In this document: one piece after another, positions 9,593 to 18,546 of the stretch
Numbering within the stretch: the stretch's first letter is position 1
Layout of the letters: each line of letters begins with the position of its first letter
IMG/VR virus record: IMGVR_UViG_3300045988_040927
Coordinates: 1-60,467 of that record
Strand: one strand, 5' to 3'
DNA length: 60,467 nt
DNA from: a virus
The notes under the pieces: model-generated
The model's input: the letters and a program-made list of their open reading frames with translations, nothing else
Database searches by the model: none
What the model was told of the DNA's origin: nothing
Program-made: the position numbers and the translations under genes

Positions 9593-9916
9593 ATGGCAAA
9601 ATTTTATGGAAAGATAGGCTATGCTGAGACAGTGGAAACTAATCCGGGAGTATGGCAAGAACAGATTACTGAGCGTAGCTACTTTGGTGATTTAGGCCGT
9701 AATACTCGTATGTTACAATCTTCCAGCCAGCTCAATGACAATATTAATATCGCTAATGAAATTAGTATTGTCGCTGATCCATTTGCCAATCAGAATTTTC
9801 ACTTAATGCGTTACGTCGAGTTTATGGGTGCTAAATGGAAGATAACAAATGTCGAAGTTAAGTACCCTAGACTCATACTGACTGTAGGGGGTGTGTATAA
9901 TGGCGAGCAGGCTTGA
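9593..9916 (+). CDS. Head-tail joining protein (assigned by position)
   Basis: 107 aa with a GGAG SD, lying between the capsid and tail tube genes. Confidence 0.45.
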   Translation: MAKFYGKIGYAETVETNPGVWQEQITERSYFGDLGRNTRMLQSSSQLNDNINIANEISIVADPFANQNFHLMRYVEFMGAKWKITNVEVKYPRLILTVGGVYNGEQA

Positions 9917-10205
9917 ATTGCAGACTAAACTCGAAGAGTTATTAGGTTCACGAAATGTATACTTTCAACCCCCTGCATCAGTAAAGATGCAATACCCAGC
10001 GATTGTATATGAGCTTGATGATATTAACAATAAATTTGCTAATGATTCAGTTTACAATCAATCACTAAAATACAAAATAACCGTGATGGATTTTAATCCT
10101 GATAGTGAAATAGTTAAAAGGGTTTCAAAACTTCCTCGATGCAGATTTAATCAACATTTCACATCAGATAATATTAATCACGATGTATTTACACTATATT
10201 TTTAA
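9900..10205 (+). CDS. Head-tail joining / tail completion protein (assigned by position)
   Basis: ATG 9900 is preceded by GGGGGTG. It overlaps the upstream gene end. The ORF-track start at 9891 lacks an SD. Confidence 0.45.
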   Translation: MASRLELQTKLEELLGSRNVYFQPPASVKMQYPAIVYELDDINNKFANDSVYNQSLKYKITVMDFNPDSEIVKRVSKLPRCRFNQHFTSDNINHDVFTLYF

Positions 10206-10219
10206 AAGGAGAATGAAAC

Positions 10220-10885
10220 ATGTCTAAACTTGTTTGGGATCAGACCGGTGAACGTCTTTATGAAGCCGGCGTTAAAATGGGCGTATTGTATCCACAGGCA
10301 ACTGGCGGTACATACCCAAAAGGTGTAGCTTGGAATGGTCTTACATCAGTATCAGAAAGTCCAGAAGGTGCAGAGCCTGAACCGCTTTATGCTGATGATA
10401 TTAAATACCTTAACCTCATGTCAGTTGAGGAATTTAAGGCTACTATTGAAGCTTACACTTATCCAGAAGAATTTGCAGAATGTGATGGCTCAAAGTCAAT
10501 TGCAACTGGTGTAACTGTTGGTCAGCAGAAGCGTAAAGCATTTGGCCTCTGTTACAGAACAACTCTTGGTAATGATGTTGATGGTAATGATCACGGCTAT
10601 AAGCTTCATATCGTTTACGGTGCTCTTGCGGCTCCATCAGAGAAAGCTTTCGAGACAATTAATGATAGTCCAGAAGCTGCTACTTTCTCTTGGGAAATCA
10701 GCACAACTCCAGTAGCTGTATCAAAAGAAGGTTGTCAGCCGACAGCATCAATTACAATTGATTCTACTAAAGCTGATCCTACTGCACTTAAGAAACTTGA
10801 AGATATTCTTTATGGCTCAGGAGATACAGAAGCAAGACTTCCTCTTCCTGATGAGATTACCACTCTCATGGCAGCAGCAGGCTAA
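10220..10885 (+). CDS. Major tail (tube) protein
   Basis: 221 aa with an AAAGGAG SD, immediately upstream of the chaperone-like genes and tape measure gene. A terminator/attenuator hairpin follows it, as is common for highly expressed tail tube genes. Confidence 0.6.
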   Translation: MSKLVWDQTGERLYEAGVKMGVLYPQATGGTYPKGVAWNGLTSVSESPEGAEPEPLYADDIKYLNLMSVEEFKATIEAYTYPEEFAECDGSKSIATGVTVGQQKRKAFGLCYRTTLGNDVDGNDHGYKLHIVYGALAAPSEKAFETINDSPEAATFSWEISTTPVAVSKEGCQPTASITIDSTKADPTALKKLEDILYGSGDTEARLPLPDEITTLMAAAG

Positions 10886-10908
10886 TCTTAAATAAACGTT
10901 TATATTTT

Positions 10909-10950
10909 CGGAGTCGTACTCAGTCTAGGCTGGCGGCTCCGTTTTCATTT
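10909..10950 (+). terminator. Intrinsic terminator/attenuator after the major tail gene
   Basis: CGGAGTCG...CGGCTCCG stem followed by TTTTCATTT. Confidence 0.6.
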
Positions 10951-10967
10951 GAAAGGAGAAAACTATT

Positions 10968-11387
10968 ATGTTAAAAGAAACAATTACTTATACAGACTTC
11001 AACGGAAATGAACAAACAGAGGATGTTTATTTCAACCTCGCAAAACATGAATTAGCAGACATTGCTCTTGATTTGCCAGACGGCGTAATCGTTACAGATG
11101 AAAAGACTGGTGAAGTTAAAGAAAATCATGTTGTTGATAAACTCGGCGATAAAGGTATCTACAAATTTATCAAGGATGTTGTCAAGAAGGCTTACGGTGT
11201 TAAAAGCGCTGACGGTAGAAGATTTATTAAATCTGATGAACTCACTTTGGAATTTACTCAAACTCCAATGTATGATGCTATTCTCACTAAGCTCACAAGC
11301 GATGACAGTGCGGCTACAAAATTCATTACATCTGTTATTCCTGCCGATGCAGCTAAGGATATACCAAGCCTTAAAGTTAAAGAATAA
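10968..11387 (+). CDS. Tail assembly chaperone-like protein
   Basis: 139-aa acidic protein in the gpG position. Confidence 0.45.
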   Translation: MLKETITYTDFNGNEQTEDVYFNLAKHELADIALDLPDGVIVTDEKTGEVKENHVVDKLGDKGIYKFIKDVVKKAYGVKSADGRRFIKSDELTLEFTQTPMYDAILTKLTSDDSAATKFITSVIPADAAKDIPSLKVKE

Positions 11388-11412
11388 AATTGAAAATTAG
11401 GAGGGTCGAGTA

Positions 11413-11955
11413 ATGCTTCAAATAACTGTTCCCGCTACAGAAGAATGGGACGAGTCTAAACAGGAATTTGTGTATACAAAAGAAACGACATTACAGCTTG
11501 AGCATTCACTCGTCTCTCTTTCAAAATGGGAATCTAAATGGTGTAAGCCGTTTCTTTCAGACGAAGACTTAACCGAAGAAGAAACCATTGATTATATAAA
11601 GTGTATGACAATTACACAAAATGTTAATCCAGAGGTGTATAAATGCCTCACACAAGAAAACATATATCAAGTTCGTGATTATATTTCAGCTCCTATGACT
11701 GCTACTTATTTTTCAAAAGAGAGAAATAGTAGACCTAGTAGAGAAATAGTAACATCAGAACTTGTATATTATTGGATGATATCATTAAACATCCCATTTG
11801 AATGTCAGAAATGGCATCTCAATCGTCTACTTACTTTGATACGAGTATGCAATATTAAGAACAAACCAGCAAAGAAAATGAGTAGACGCGAAATTATGGA
11901 ACGAAACACAGCGTTAAATGAATCTCGTAGAAAACAACTTAATACAAAAGGGTGA
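11413..11955 (+). CDS. Second tail-assembly-associated protein (gpT position, separate ORF)
   Basis: 180 aa with a GGAGGG SD and a basic C-terminus. No frameshift link to 10968..11387 is detectable. Confidence 0.4.
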   Translation: MLQITVPATEEWDESKQEFVYTKETTLQLEHSLVSLSKWESKWCKPFLSDEDLTEEETIDYIKCMTITQNVNPEVYKCLTQENIYQVRDYISAPMTATYFSKERNSRPSREIVTSELVYYWMISLNIPFECQKWHLNRLLTLIRVCNIKNKPAKKMSRREIMERNTALNESRRKQLNTKG

Positions 11956-11960
11956 GTTAT

Positions 11961-12581
11961 ATGAGAAAAGGTATAGATGTATCCGCTTGGCAAGGAAAAG
12001 TCGATTGGGACAAAGTAAAGTCATCAGGTATTGATTTTGCTATTCTTCGTTGTGGTTATGGACATGACGACACGAAACAAGATGACAAATATTTTACTAG
12101 AAACGTAAAAGAGTGTAAAAGAGTCGGAATGCCTTACGGTGTCTATATTTATAGTTATGCAAAGAGCGTGAAAGACGCTGAATCGGAAGCAAAGCATGTG
12201 CTTCGTTTATTAAAAGGCTGCAAACCAGAGTATCCTATCTATTATGATCTAGAGGATGCGAATACTACTGGTAAATGTAGCAAAAAGCAGATTCTGCAAA
12301 TAGCTAAAAGGTTTGTAGAGATTCTCGAATCTAAAGGTTATTGGGTAGGTATTTATGCTAGTAAACACTGGAATACTACATACCTTACTGATAAATGGTA
12401 TAGCACCAAAGCTCGTTGGATCGCGCAATACGGCGATAAATGTTCCTATAAAGGAGAGTACGGGCTTTGGCAGTATTCTTGTGAAGGAAAAGTTAAGGGT
12501 ATTAATGGTAGTGTAGATTTGAATTACGCTTACATAAATTATCCTAAACTTATTAAAGAGAAGAAAAAGAACGGCTTTTAA
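11961..12581 (+). CDS. GH25 muramidase (lysozyme), catalytic domain only
   Basis: GIDVSAWQGKVDWDKVKSSGIDFAILRCGYG...YGVYIYSYA...YPIYYDLED is the classic GH25 signature. ATG 11961 follows AAAGGGTGAG; GTG 11952 is an alternative start. No binding domain is present. Confidence 0.85.
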   Translation: MRKGIDVSAWQGKVDWDKVKSSGIDFAILRCGYGHDDTKQDDKYFTRNVKECKRVGMPYGVYIYSYAKSVKDAESEAKHVLRLLKGCKPEYPIYYDLEDANTTGKCSKKQILQIAKRFVEILESKGYWVGIYASKHWNTTYLTDKWYSTKARWIAQYGDKCSYKGEYGLWQYSCEGKVKGINGSVDLNYAYINYPKLIKEKKKNGF

Positions 12582-12608
12582 AGTCGTAGATATATAAGGG
12601 GTTTTCGT

Positions 12609-12986
12609 ATGATAACGTTCAGACAAAAGGGTGACTTTTCTAAACTCACCAGTTTCTTAGAAAGAGCTAAGGAAGCTGTTCGTATCGGCGATCTCGACAA
12701 ATATGGTCGAGAAGGAGTGGCCGCCCTTTCGTCTGCAACACCTGTACGGACGGGCTTGACAGCTAACTCCTGGTATTACGAGATAGAACATCAAAATGGA
12801 TCTGTCTCGATAACATTTAATAACTCAAATGTTAATAAAGGAGTTCCAATTGCTATTATTTTACAGTATGGGCATGGAACTCGTAACGGAGGTTGGGTGC
12901 AGGGGCGAGATTATATCAATCCTGCTATCCAGCCTGTTTTTGATAGAATCGCAAACGAAGCATGGGAGGAGGTTACCAAGATATGA
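12609..12986 (+). CDS. HK97 gp10-like tail component
   Basis: 125 aa. The pattern ...ATPVRTGLTANSWYYE... and its size match the HK97 gp10 family (from memory). Confidence 0.55.
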   Translation: MITFRQKGDFSKLTSFLERAKEAVRIGDLDKYGREGVAALSSATPVRTGLTANSWYYEIEHQNGSVSITFNNSNVNKGVPIAIILQYGHGTRNGGWVQGRDYINPAIQPVFDRIANEAWEEVTKI

Positions 12987-15900
12987 GTCAAGTAGTTGAT
13001 AAAAGAGTCGTAGAGATGCAGTTCGACAATAGACAGTTTGAAAGTGGTGTTCAGACTTCTATGTCAACACTCGAAAAGCTTAAAAGAAGTTTAAATCTCG
13101 ATGGTGCAGCTAAAGGTTTAGAGTCAGTTAATGCTGCTGCTAAAGATTGCGACATGTCAGGTATTGGAAAAGGTGTCGAAACTGTAAAAGCAAGATTCTC
13201 AGCTTTGCAAGTTGCTGGCGTGACCGCTCTCGCTAATATTGCAAATTCAGCTGTAAACGCTGGTAAAAGATTAGTTTCAGCATTTACGATTGATCCGATT
13301 AAAGATGGTTTTGCAGAGTATGAAACTCAGATGAATGCCGTTCAGACAATATTGGCCAACACACAATCTGAAGGTACAAACGTTAAAATCGTTAATAAGG
13401 CTTTAGATGAACTTAATACATATGCGGATAAGACCATTTATAACTTTACTGAAATGACTCGTAACATTGGTACCTTTACTGCTGCTGGCGTTAAACTTAA
13501 AACTTCAGTTAGTGCTATCAAAGGTATTGCCAACCTTGCAGCTGTTTCTGGTTCGAACTCTCAGCAAGCTTCAACAGCAATGTATCAATTATCGCAGGCT
13601 ATCGCTTCAGGTTCTGTTAAGCTTCAGGACTGGAATTCAGTAGTTAATGCTGGTATGGGCGGTAAAGTATTTCAGGATGCTCTTGTACGAACATCTGAGC
13701 ATTTAAAAACAGGCGCAAAATCGGCCATTAGTGCTAAAGGTTCATTTAGAGAGTCACTAAGAACAGGTTGGCTAACAACAGAAGTTCTTACACAAACTCT
13801 TGATCAATTCTCAACTGCCGCAGATACAGAAAAAGAGTACGAAGCAGCAGTAGCAAAGTTTGTGAAACAGGGATATTCAAAGGAACAAGCTAAGCAGATG
13901 GCTGATATGGCTAGAACTGCTGGTGAAGCTGCAACTAAAGTTAAGACATTTACACAGTTGATGGATACATTAAAAGAAGCCGCTGGTTCTGGTTGGACTA
14001 CAACTTGGCGATTAATAATCGGTGACTTCGAAGAGGCGAAAGGTCTTTGGACTGATGTATCAGACACATTGAGCGATATGATCAACAAATCATCAGACGC
14101 TCGTAATAAGATGGTCGAAGGCTGGGCTAAAGGCGGTGGTCGTGACGATCTTATTGAATCCTTAACAAATGCTTTTGAAGGATTAATGAGCGTAATTAAG
14201 CCTATTAAAGAAGCATTCAGAGAGATATTTCCATCTGTTACATCTGAACAGTTAATAAAATTTACCGAAAATCTGAAAGCGCTTACAGAAAAAATGAAGC
14301 TAAGCGAAGAAAGAGCCGATAAAGTCAAAAGGATTTTTAAAGGTGTATTTGCTATTTTTGATATTGGTAAAAAAGCAATAGTAGCTCTTATAAAGCCATT
14401 TTATGAATTATCGCAGTCTAAAGGATTTAACAGTTTAGCAGATTCTTTGCTTGAAATACTAGCAACAGTTGGTGATTTCTTTACAACTTTAGATAATGGC
14501 TTTAATACTAGTGGTATCTCTGCATTTTTATCAAAAATTACCTCAGGATTTTCAAAAGTATCTTCTGTGATATCAACGTTTTTAGATTCAGCAGTTAGCG
14601 GTTTGAAAAATTTTGGTAATGTTCTATCAACAGTTGGTAAATGGATATCAACCACATTTACTAAAGTATGTAATGCTCTTAAACCTGTATTTACATGGAT
14701 TAAAGATAAACTTTCTTCCGCCTTTACATGGATTAAAGAAAATGTATCCATAGGTGACATATTCGCTGGTTTAGCTGGTGGCGGAATATTTGTAGCATTT
14801 AAGAAATTAGCAGATCTTATAGGTAAAGTAAAAGATATAATTGATGGTTTATTTGATAAAGAAAAATCAGGAGGAATGTTAGATAATTTCTCTAATATTC
14901 TAGATTCAGTTCATAATTCATTAGAATCTTTTACTTCTGGCATCAAAATTGCTTCACTTGTAAGTATCACAGTTGCAGTAGGTATACTTTCTGCTGCACT
15001 TTCTTCTATAGCCAAACTTGATGTAAAAGATGTTGCTAAAGGTCTTGTAGGCATCGGCGCATTATTAGGCATGCTCAGTTTAAGCTTTAAGTCATTAACC
15101 AAGTCGTTAACAAAATTTGATTCTAAAGGCGTTGTTAAATCAGGACTTGCAATGATTGCAATGGCTGTTGCTATTAAAATATTAGCTAGTGCGTTAAAAG
15201 ACATAGCCGAATTACGATTTAAGGATATAGTTAAAGGACTTGTCACCATTGGTGTTGCTTTAGCTGAACTTGTTGGAGCTTTGAAACTGATAGGTAAAAC
15301 TAAAGTATCACTTAAATCAGTATTATCTATGATTATAATAGCTGAAAGTTGTAAAGTCCTTGCTGATGCACTAGCAGATATAGGTAAAATGTCTTGGTCT
15401 GAAATAGGTAGAGGATTAGCTGGAATGGGTGGCGCTTTAGCCGAAGTTTCAGCCGTTGCTGCTATTTTAGGTAAATTTGGAAAAGGCGGCTCTATTGTTG
15501 GCGCTATAGCTATTCTAATCATGGTACAGTCTTTGGATGAAATATCCGATGCGCTAAAGAACATAGGTTCTCTTTCATGGGAAGAAATAGGTAGAGGCTT
15601 AGCCGGTATGGGCGGTGCCTTAGCCGAATTAGGAGTCATTGCTGCTGTTTTAGGCAAATTTGGAGGAATGTCCAGTATAGCTGGGGCAATTTCTGTTGTA
15701 ATTATGACTAAAGCATTGGAACCAATAGCAGATACATTAAGTCAAATAGGCTCATTTTCATGGGATACAATCATAAAAGGCTTAACAGGTATGGGCGTAG
15801 CTCTAGCAGAATTAGGCATAGTGGCAGGAGCTTTAGGTAAAATAGCTGGTTTCTCTGGCATATTGGGCTCTGTTTCAATATTGATTATGGTGCAGTCACT

Positions 15901-18544
15901 TCAACCAATAGCAGATACATTAAGCCAAATAGGAGCTCTTTCATGGGAAGAAATAGCTAGAGGCTTAGTTGGTATGGGAGGAGCACTAGTAGAATTAGGT
16001 GTAGTGGCAGGACTACTTGGTACACTTACAGGTTTATCGGGTCTTATTGGCGCTGCAACTATTCTTATTATGGTGCAATCATTGCAACCTATAGCTAATG
16101 CCTTAGCTCAAATAAGTATATTATCTTGGGGAGAAATAGCCAGAGGCTTAACCGGAATGGGAGGAGCCTTAGTAGAATTAGGCGTAGTGGCAGGTCTTTT
16201 AGGTAAACTTGCCGGATTCTCAGGTTTAATAGGCGCAACTTCGATCCTTATCATGGTTCAAGGTCTTGGCGATCTTGCTAATGCATTGATGAAATTCGGT
16301 ACTATGTCATGGAAAGAAATAGCCAGAGGATTAGTCGGAATGGGTGGCGCTCTAACTGAATTAGCAGTCATTAGTGGATTGCTTGGAAATTTGGGAGGAT
16401 TAGGCGCTGCTTTAGGAGCAGGAACAATACTACTGGCAGTCCAAGGACTTGGTGATCTTGCTGATGCATTAAAGAAATTTGGCGAAATGCCTTGGGATGA
16501 AATAGGTAGAGGTTTAACTGCTATGGGAGCAGCTTTAGGTGAAGTCGCTCTAGGATCACTTTTAAACACTTTATCAGGTTTGGGTGCTTTATCTATTTCA
16601 ACAGTTGCGGAATCTTTAGGCATTTTAGCCGATTCAATTAAGAAATGGGCAGGCGTGACTATTCCTGAAAATTTGGGCTATCAATTGGGTGTATTAGCCG
16701 GAGGTATTATGACCTTTACATTTGATGGAGCTGGTGCAAACGCTATATCAACAGTTGCAGGTCCATTAGGCATCTTAGCAGACTCGGTAAAAAAATGGAC
16801 TGGTGTTGTTGTTCCAGAAGGTATAGGAGCACAATTAAAGCAACTGGCAAATGGTGTAAAATCATTCACATTTGGCGGATTAGGTGCATCTTCTATAGCT
16901 ACCGTTGCAGCGCCATTAGGTACATTGGCCAATTCAGTTAAGAAGTGGGCTGGCGTTACTATACCAGAAGGTTTAGAGTCAAAATTAAAATCCATATCTA
17001 ATGGCGTAAAATCATTCACTTGGGCATTTGCCGGAGGCTGGTCACTAAGTGCAATAGTCGGTCCATTGGGTAAACTGCCTGATGCTATTAAGAAATGGAA
17101 CGGAATCACGGTTCCTGATAATATAAGCAGTCAATTAAAATCTATATCTAATGGTGTAAAATCATTCACTTGGGCTTTTGCTGGTGGCTGGTCTATTGGC
17201 GAAATAATTGGTCCGCTTAGCAAATTACCAGATGCTATTAAGAAATGGAATGGCATTAAAGTACCAGAAGGCTTAGAAAAAAGTCTAAAGAGTATATCTA
17301 ATGGCGTAAAATCATTCACATGGGCTTTTGTTGGAGGTATATCATTATCAACAATTGCTGGTCCGTTCAAGCAATTGGCAAGCGGAATCAGAACACTTTG
17401 CAGTGTTAAAATTCCAAAAGGTATAGGCGACAAACTCAAGTCTATAGCTGGTGGAATCAAGTCTTTTGCTGGTATTGGAGATATATCAGGTGCATCTGGT
17501 AGTATCAAATCCATTGCAAATTCGACTGTTAAACTTTCAGGAATAAACTTTAAATCTATAAGTTCTGGACTTAGTACATTAGTTTCAAGCCTTAAAAAAC
17601 TTTCAGGCGTTACGATTAACACTAAATCATTAACTTCCGCAATGACAAGTATAGCTAATGCCGTTTCAAAAATGATGAAGACCATAAATTTGACTATCCG
17701 ATCTGGTAAATCATCTATAACAGGAGCAATGAAAACCGCTATGTCTGGCGTACCTGGAGCAGTAAAGAACACTACAAATACTGTTAGGTCAGCTGCTAAT
17801 GCATTAACATCATCTTTTGCTAAGGCAATTTCAGGTAAGAAGCAATCTGTAACATCAGCATTTAAAACTCTTGTTTCGGGAGCATCCGGTGCTGTTAAAA
17901 GCAAAAGATCTTCTATGGTATCGGCAGGTAAGAATTTAGGTTCTGGACTTGTACAGGGTATCAATGCAAAGCAACAGGCAGTATATAATGCTGCATTTAA
18001 GCTTGGTCAAAAAGCTGTACAGGGTGAAAAAGATGGACAGAAGTCAAATTCGCCATCTAAACTTACTATTCAAGCCGGTCATTGGTTTGGTGAAGGTCTT
18101 GTCATAGGTATTGGTCAGATGGGATCAAAAGTATATTCAGCTGGTTATGATGCTGGTGACACAGCAGTACAAGCTATGTCTGGTGCTATTGCTAGATTAT
18201 CAGATGTCGTAGATAGTGATATCGATGCGCAGCCTACAATCAGACCGGTTCTTGATTTAAGCGATGTTAGATCTGGAGCTGGTACAATCAGCGATTTATT
18301 CAATAGAAAGCAGACTGTTGGAGTAACTTCTAATGTCAATGCTATAAGTTCTATGATGAGTCGCAGAAATCAAAATGTAGGAAATGTTGAAATCATAGAG
18401 GCTATTAATAAACTTCGTAAAGATGTAGGTAATATTGATGCTGCTTCATACACTATAGGTGGTATAACATATGATGACGGAAGCAGTATTTCAGAAGCTG
18501 TTAGATCACTTATAGATGCAGCAAGAATAGAAAGGAGGATGTAG
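12983..18544 (+). CDS. Tape measure protein
   Basis: 1853 aa from ATG 12983, with a GGAGGAGG SD and an ATGA overlap with the upstream stop. It has a helical N-terminal TMP core and two long in-frame repeat arrays of hydrophobic G/A-rich units. It is the largest gene in the tail module. Confidence 0.9.
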   Translation: MSQVVDKRVVEMQFDNRQFESGVQTSMSTLEKLKRSLNLDGAAKGLESVNAAAKDCDMSGIGKGVETVKARFSALQVAGVTALANIANSAVNAGKRLVSAFTIDPIKDGFAEYETQMNAVQTILANTQSEGTNVKIVNKALDELNTYADKTIYNFTEMTRNIGTFTAAGVKLKTSVSAIKGIANLAAVSGSNSQQASTAMYQLSQAIASGSVKLQDWNSVVNAGMGGKVFQDALVRTSEHLKTGAKSAISAKGSFRESLRTGWLTTEVLTQTLDQFSTAADTEKEYEAAVAKFVKQGYSKEQAKQMADMARTAGEAATKVKTFTQLMDTLKEAAGSGWTTTWRLIIGDFEEAKGLWTDVSDTLSDMINKSSDARNKMVEGWAKGGGRDDLIESLTNAFEGLMSVIKPIKEAFREIFPSVTSEQLIKFTENLKALTEKMKLSEERADKVKRIFKGVFAIFDIGKKAIVALIKPFYELSQSKGFNSLADSLLEILATVGDFFTTLDNGFNTSGISAFLSKITSGFSKVSSVISTFLDSAVSGLKNFGNVLSTVGKWISTTFTKVCNALKPVFTWIKDKLSSAFTWIKENVSIGDIFAGLAGGGIFVAFKKLADLIGKVKDIIDGLFDKEKSGGMLDNFSNILDSVHNSLESFTSGIKIASLVSITVAVGILSAALSSIAKLDVKDVAKGLVGIGALLGMLSLSFKSLTKSLTKFDSKGVVKSGLAMIAMAVAIKILASALKDIAELRFKDIVKGLVTIGVALAELVGALKLIGKTKVSLKSVLSMIIIAESCKVLADALADIGKMSWSEIGRGLAGMGGALAEVSAVAAILGKFGKGGSIVGAIAILIMVQSLDEISDALKNIGSLSWEEIGRGLAGMGGALAELGVIAAVLGKFGGMSSIAGAISVVIMTKALEPIADTLSQIGSFSWDTIIKGLTGMGVALAELGIVAGALGKIAGFSGILGSVSILIMVQSLQPIADTLSQIGALSWEEIARGLVGMGGALVELGVVAGLLGTLTGLSGLIGAATILIMVQSLQPIANALAQISILSWGEIARGLTGMGGALVELGVVAGLLGKLAGFSGLIGATSILIMVQGLGDLANALMKFGTMSWKEIARGLVGMGGALTELAVISGLLGNLGGLGAALGAGTILLAVQGLGDLADALKKFGEMPWDEIGRGLTAMGAALGEVALGSLLNTLSGLGALSISTVAESLGILADSIKKWAGVTIPENLGYQLGVLAGGIMTFTFDGAGANAISTVAGPLGILADSVKKWTGVVVPEGIGAQLKQLANGVKSFTFGGLGASSIATVAAPLGTLANSVKKWAGVTIPEGLESKLKSISNGVKSFTWAFAGGWSLSAIVGPLGKLPDAIKKWNGITVPDNISSQLKSISNGVKSFTWAFAGGWSIGEIIGPLSKLPDAIKKWNGIKVPEGLEKSLKSISNGVKSFTWAFVGGISLSTIAGPFKQLASGIRTLCSVKIPKGIGDKLKSIAGGIKSFAGIGDISGASGSIKSIANSTVKLSGINFKSISSGLSTLVSSLKKLSGVTINTKSLTSAMTSIANAVSKMMKTINLTIRSGKSSITGAMKTAMSGVPGAVKNTTNTVRSAANALTSSFAKAISGKKQSVTSAFKTLVSGASGAVKSKRSSMVSAGKNLGSGLVQGINAKQQAVYNAAFKLGQKAVQGEKDGQKSNSPSKLTIQAGHWFGEGLVIGIGQMGSKVYSAGYDAGDTAVQAMSGAIARLSDVVDSDIDAQPTIRPVLDLSDVRSGAGTISDLFNRKQTVGVTSNVNAISSMMSRRNQNVGNVEIIEAINKLRKDVGNIDAASYTIGGITYDDGSSISEAVRSLIDAARIERRM
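15008..16648 (+). repeat. In-frame repeat array A in the tape measure gene (9 units of ~59-65 aa)
   Basis: Unit starts at 15008, 15203, 15380, 15563, 15746, 15929, 16112, 16295 and 16478. From 15380 onward the spacing is exactly 183 nt. Unit pattern: IG.LSWEEI.RGL.GMGGAL.ELGV.AG.LGK..G.SG..GA..ILIMVQSL.PIA..L. Confidence 0.85.
16649..17480 (+). repeat. In-frame repeat array B in the tape measure gene (~5.5 units of 50 aa)
   Basis: Unit starts at 16649, 16799, 16949, 17099, 17249 and 17399, with exact 150-nt spacing. Unit pattern: .G..VPEG....LKSISNGVKSFTWAFAGGWS...I.GPL.KLPDAIKKW. Confidence 0.85.
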
Positions 18545-18546
18545 AA

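Noticed and set aside
10968-11400. A programmed -1 frameshift (gpG/gpGT type) in the tail chaperone gene, prompted by the overlapping ORF 11098..11400.
   Set aside because: The alternative frame ends only 13 nt beyond the normal stop and gives no C-terminal extension. I could not find a convincing slippery heptamer. The second chaperone-position protein (11413..11955) has its own SD and ATG.
15008-17480. A diversity-generating retroelement (template/variable repeats) in the tape measure repeats.
   Set aside because: No reverse transcriptase gene is present anywhere in the genome. The repeats are in-frame structural units, and their differences are spread over all bases rather than being adenine-specific.
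13804-18339. Long antisense ORFs inside the tape measure gene (for example 14911..15657 -, 17131..17964 - and 16681..17109 -).
   Set aside because: They mirror the low-complexity G/A-rich repeats of the sense strand, lack SD sequences, and sit entirely inside a well-supported 1853-aa gene. They are ORF-caller artefacts.
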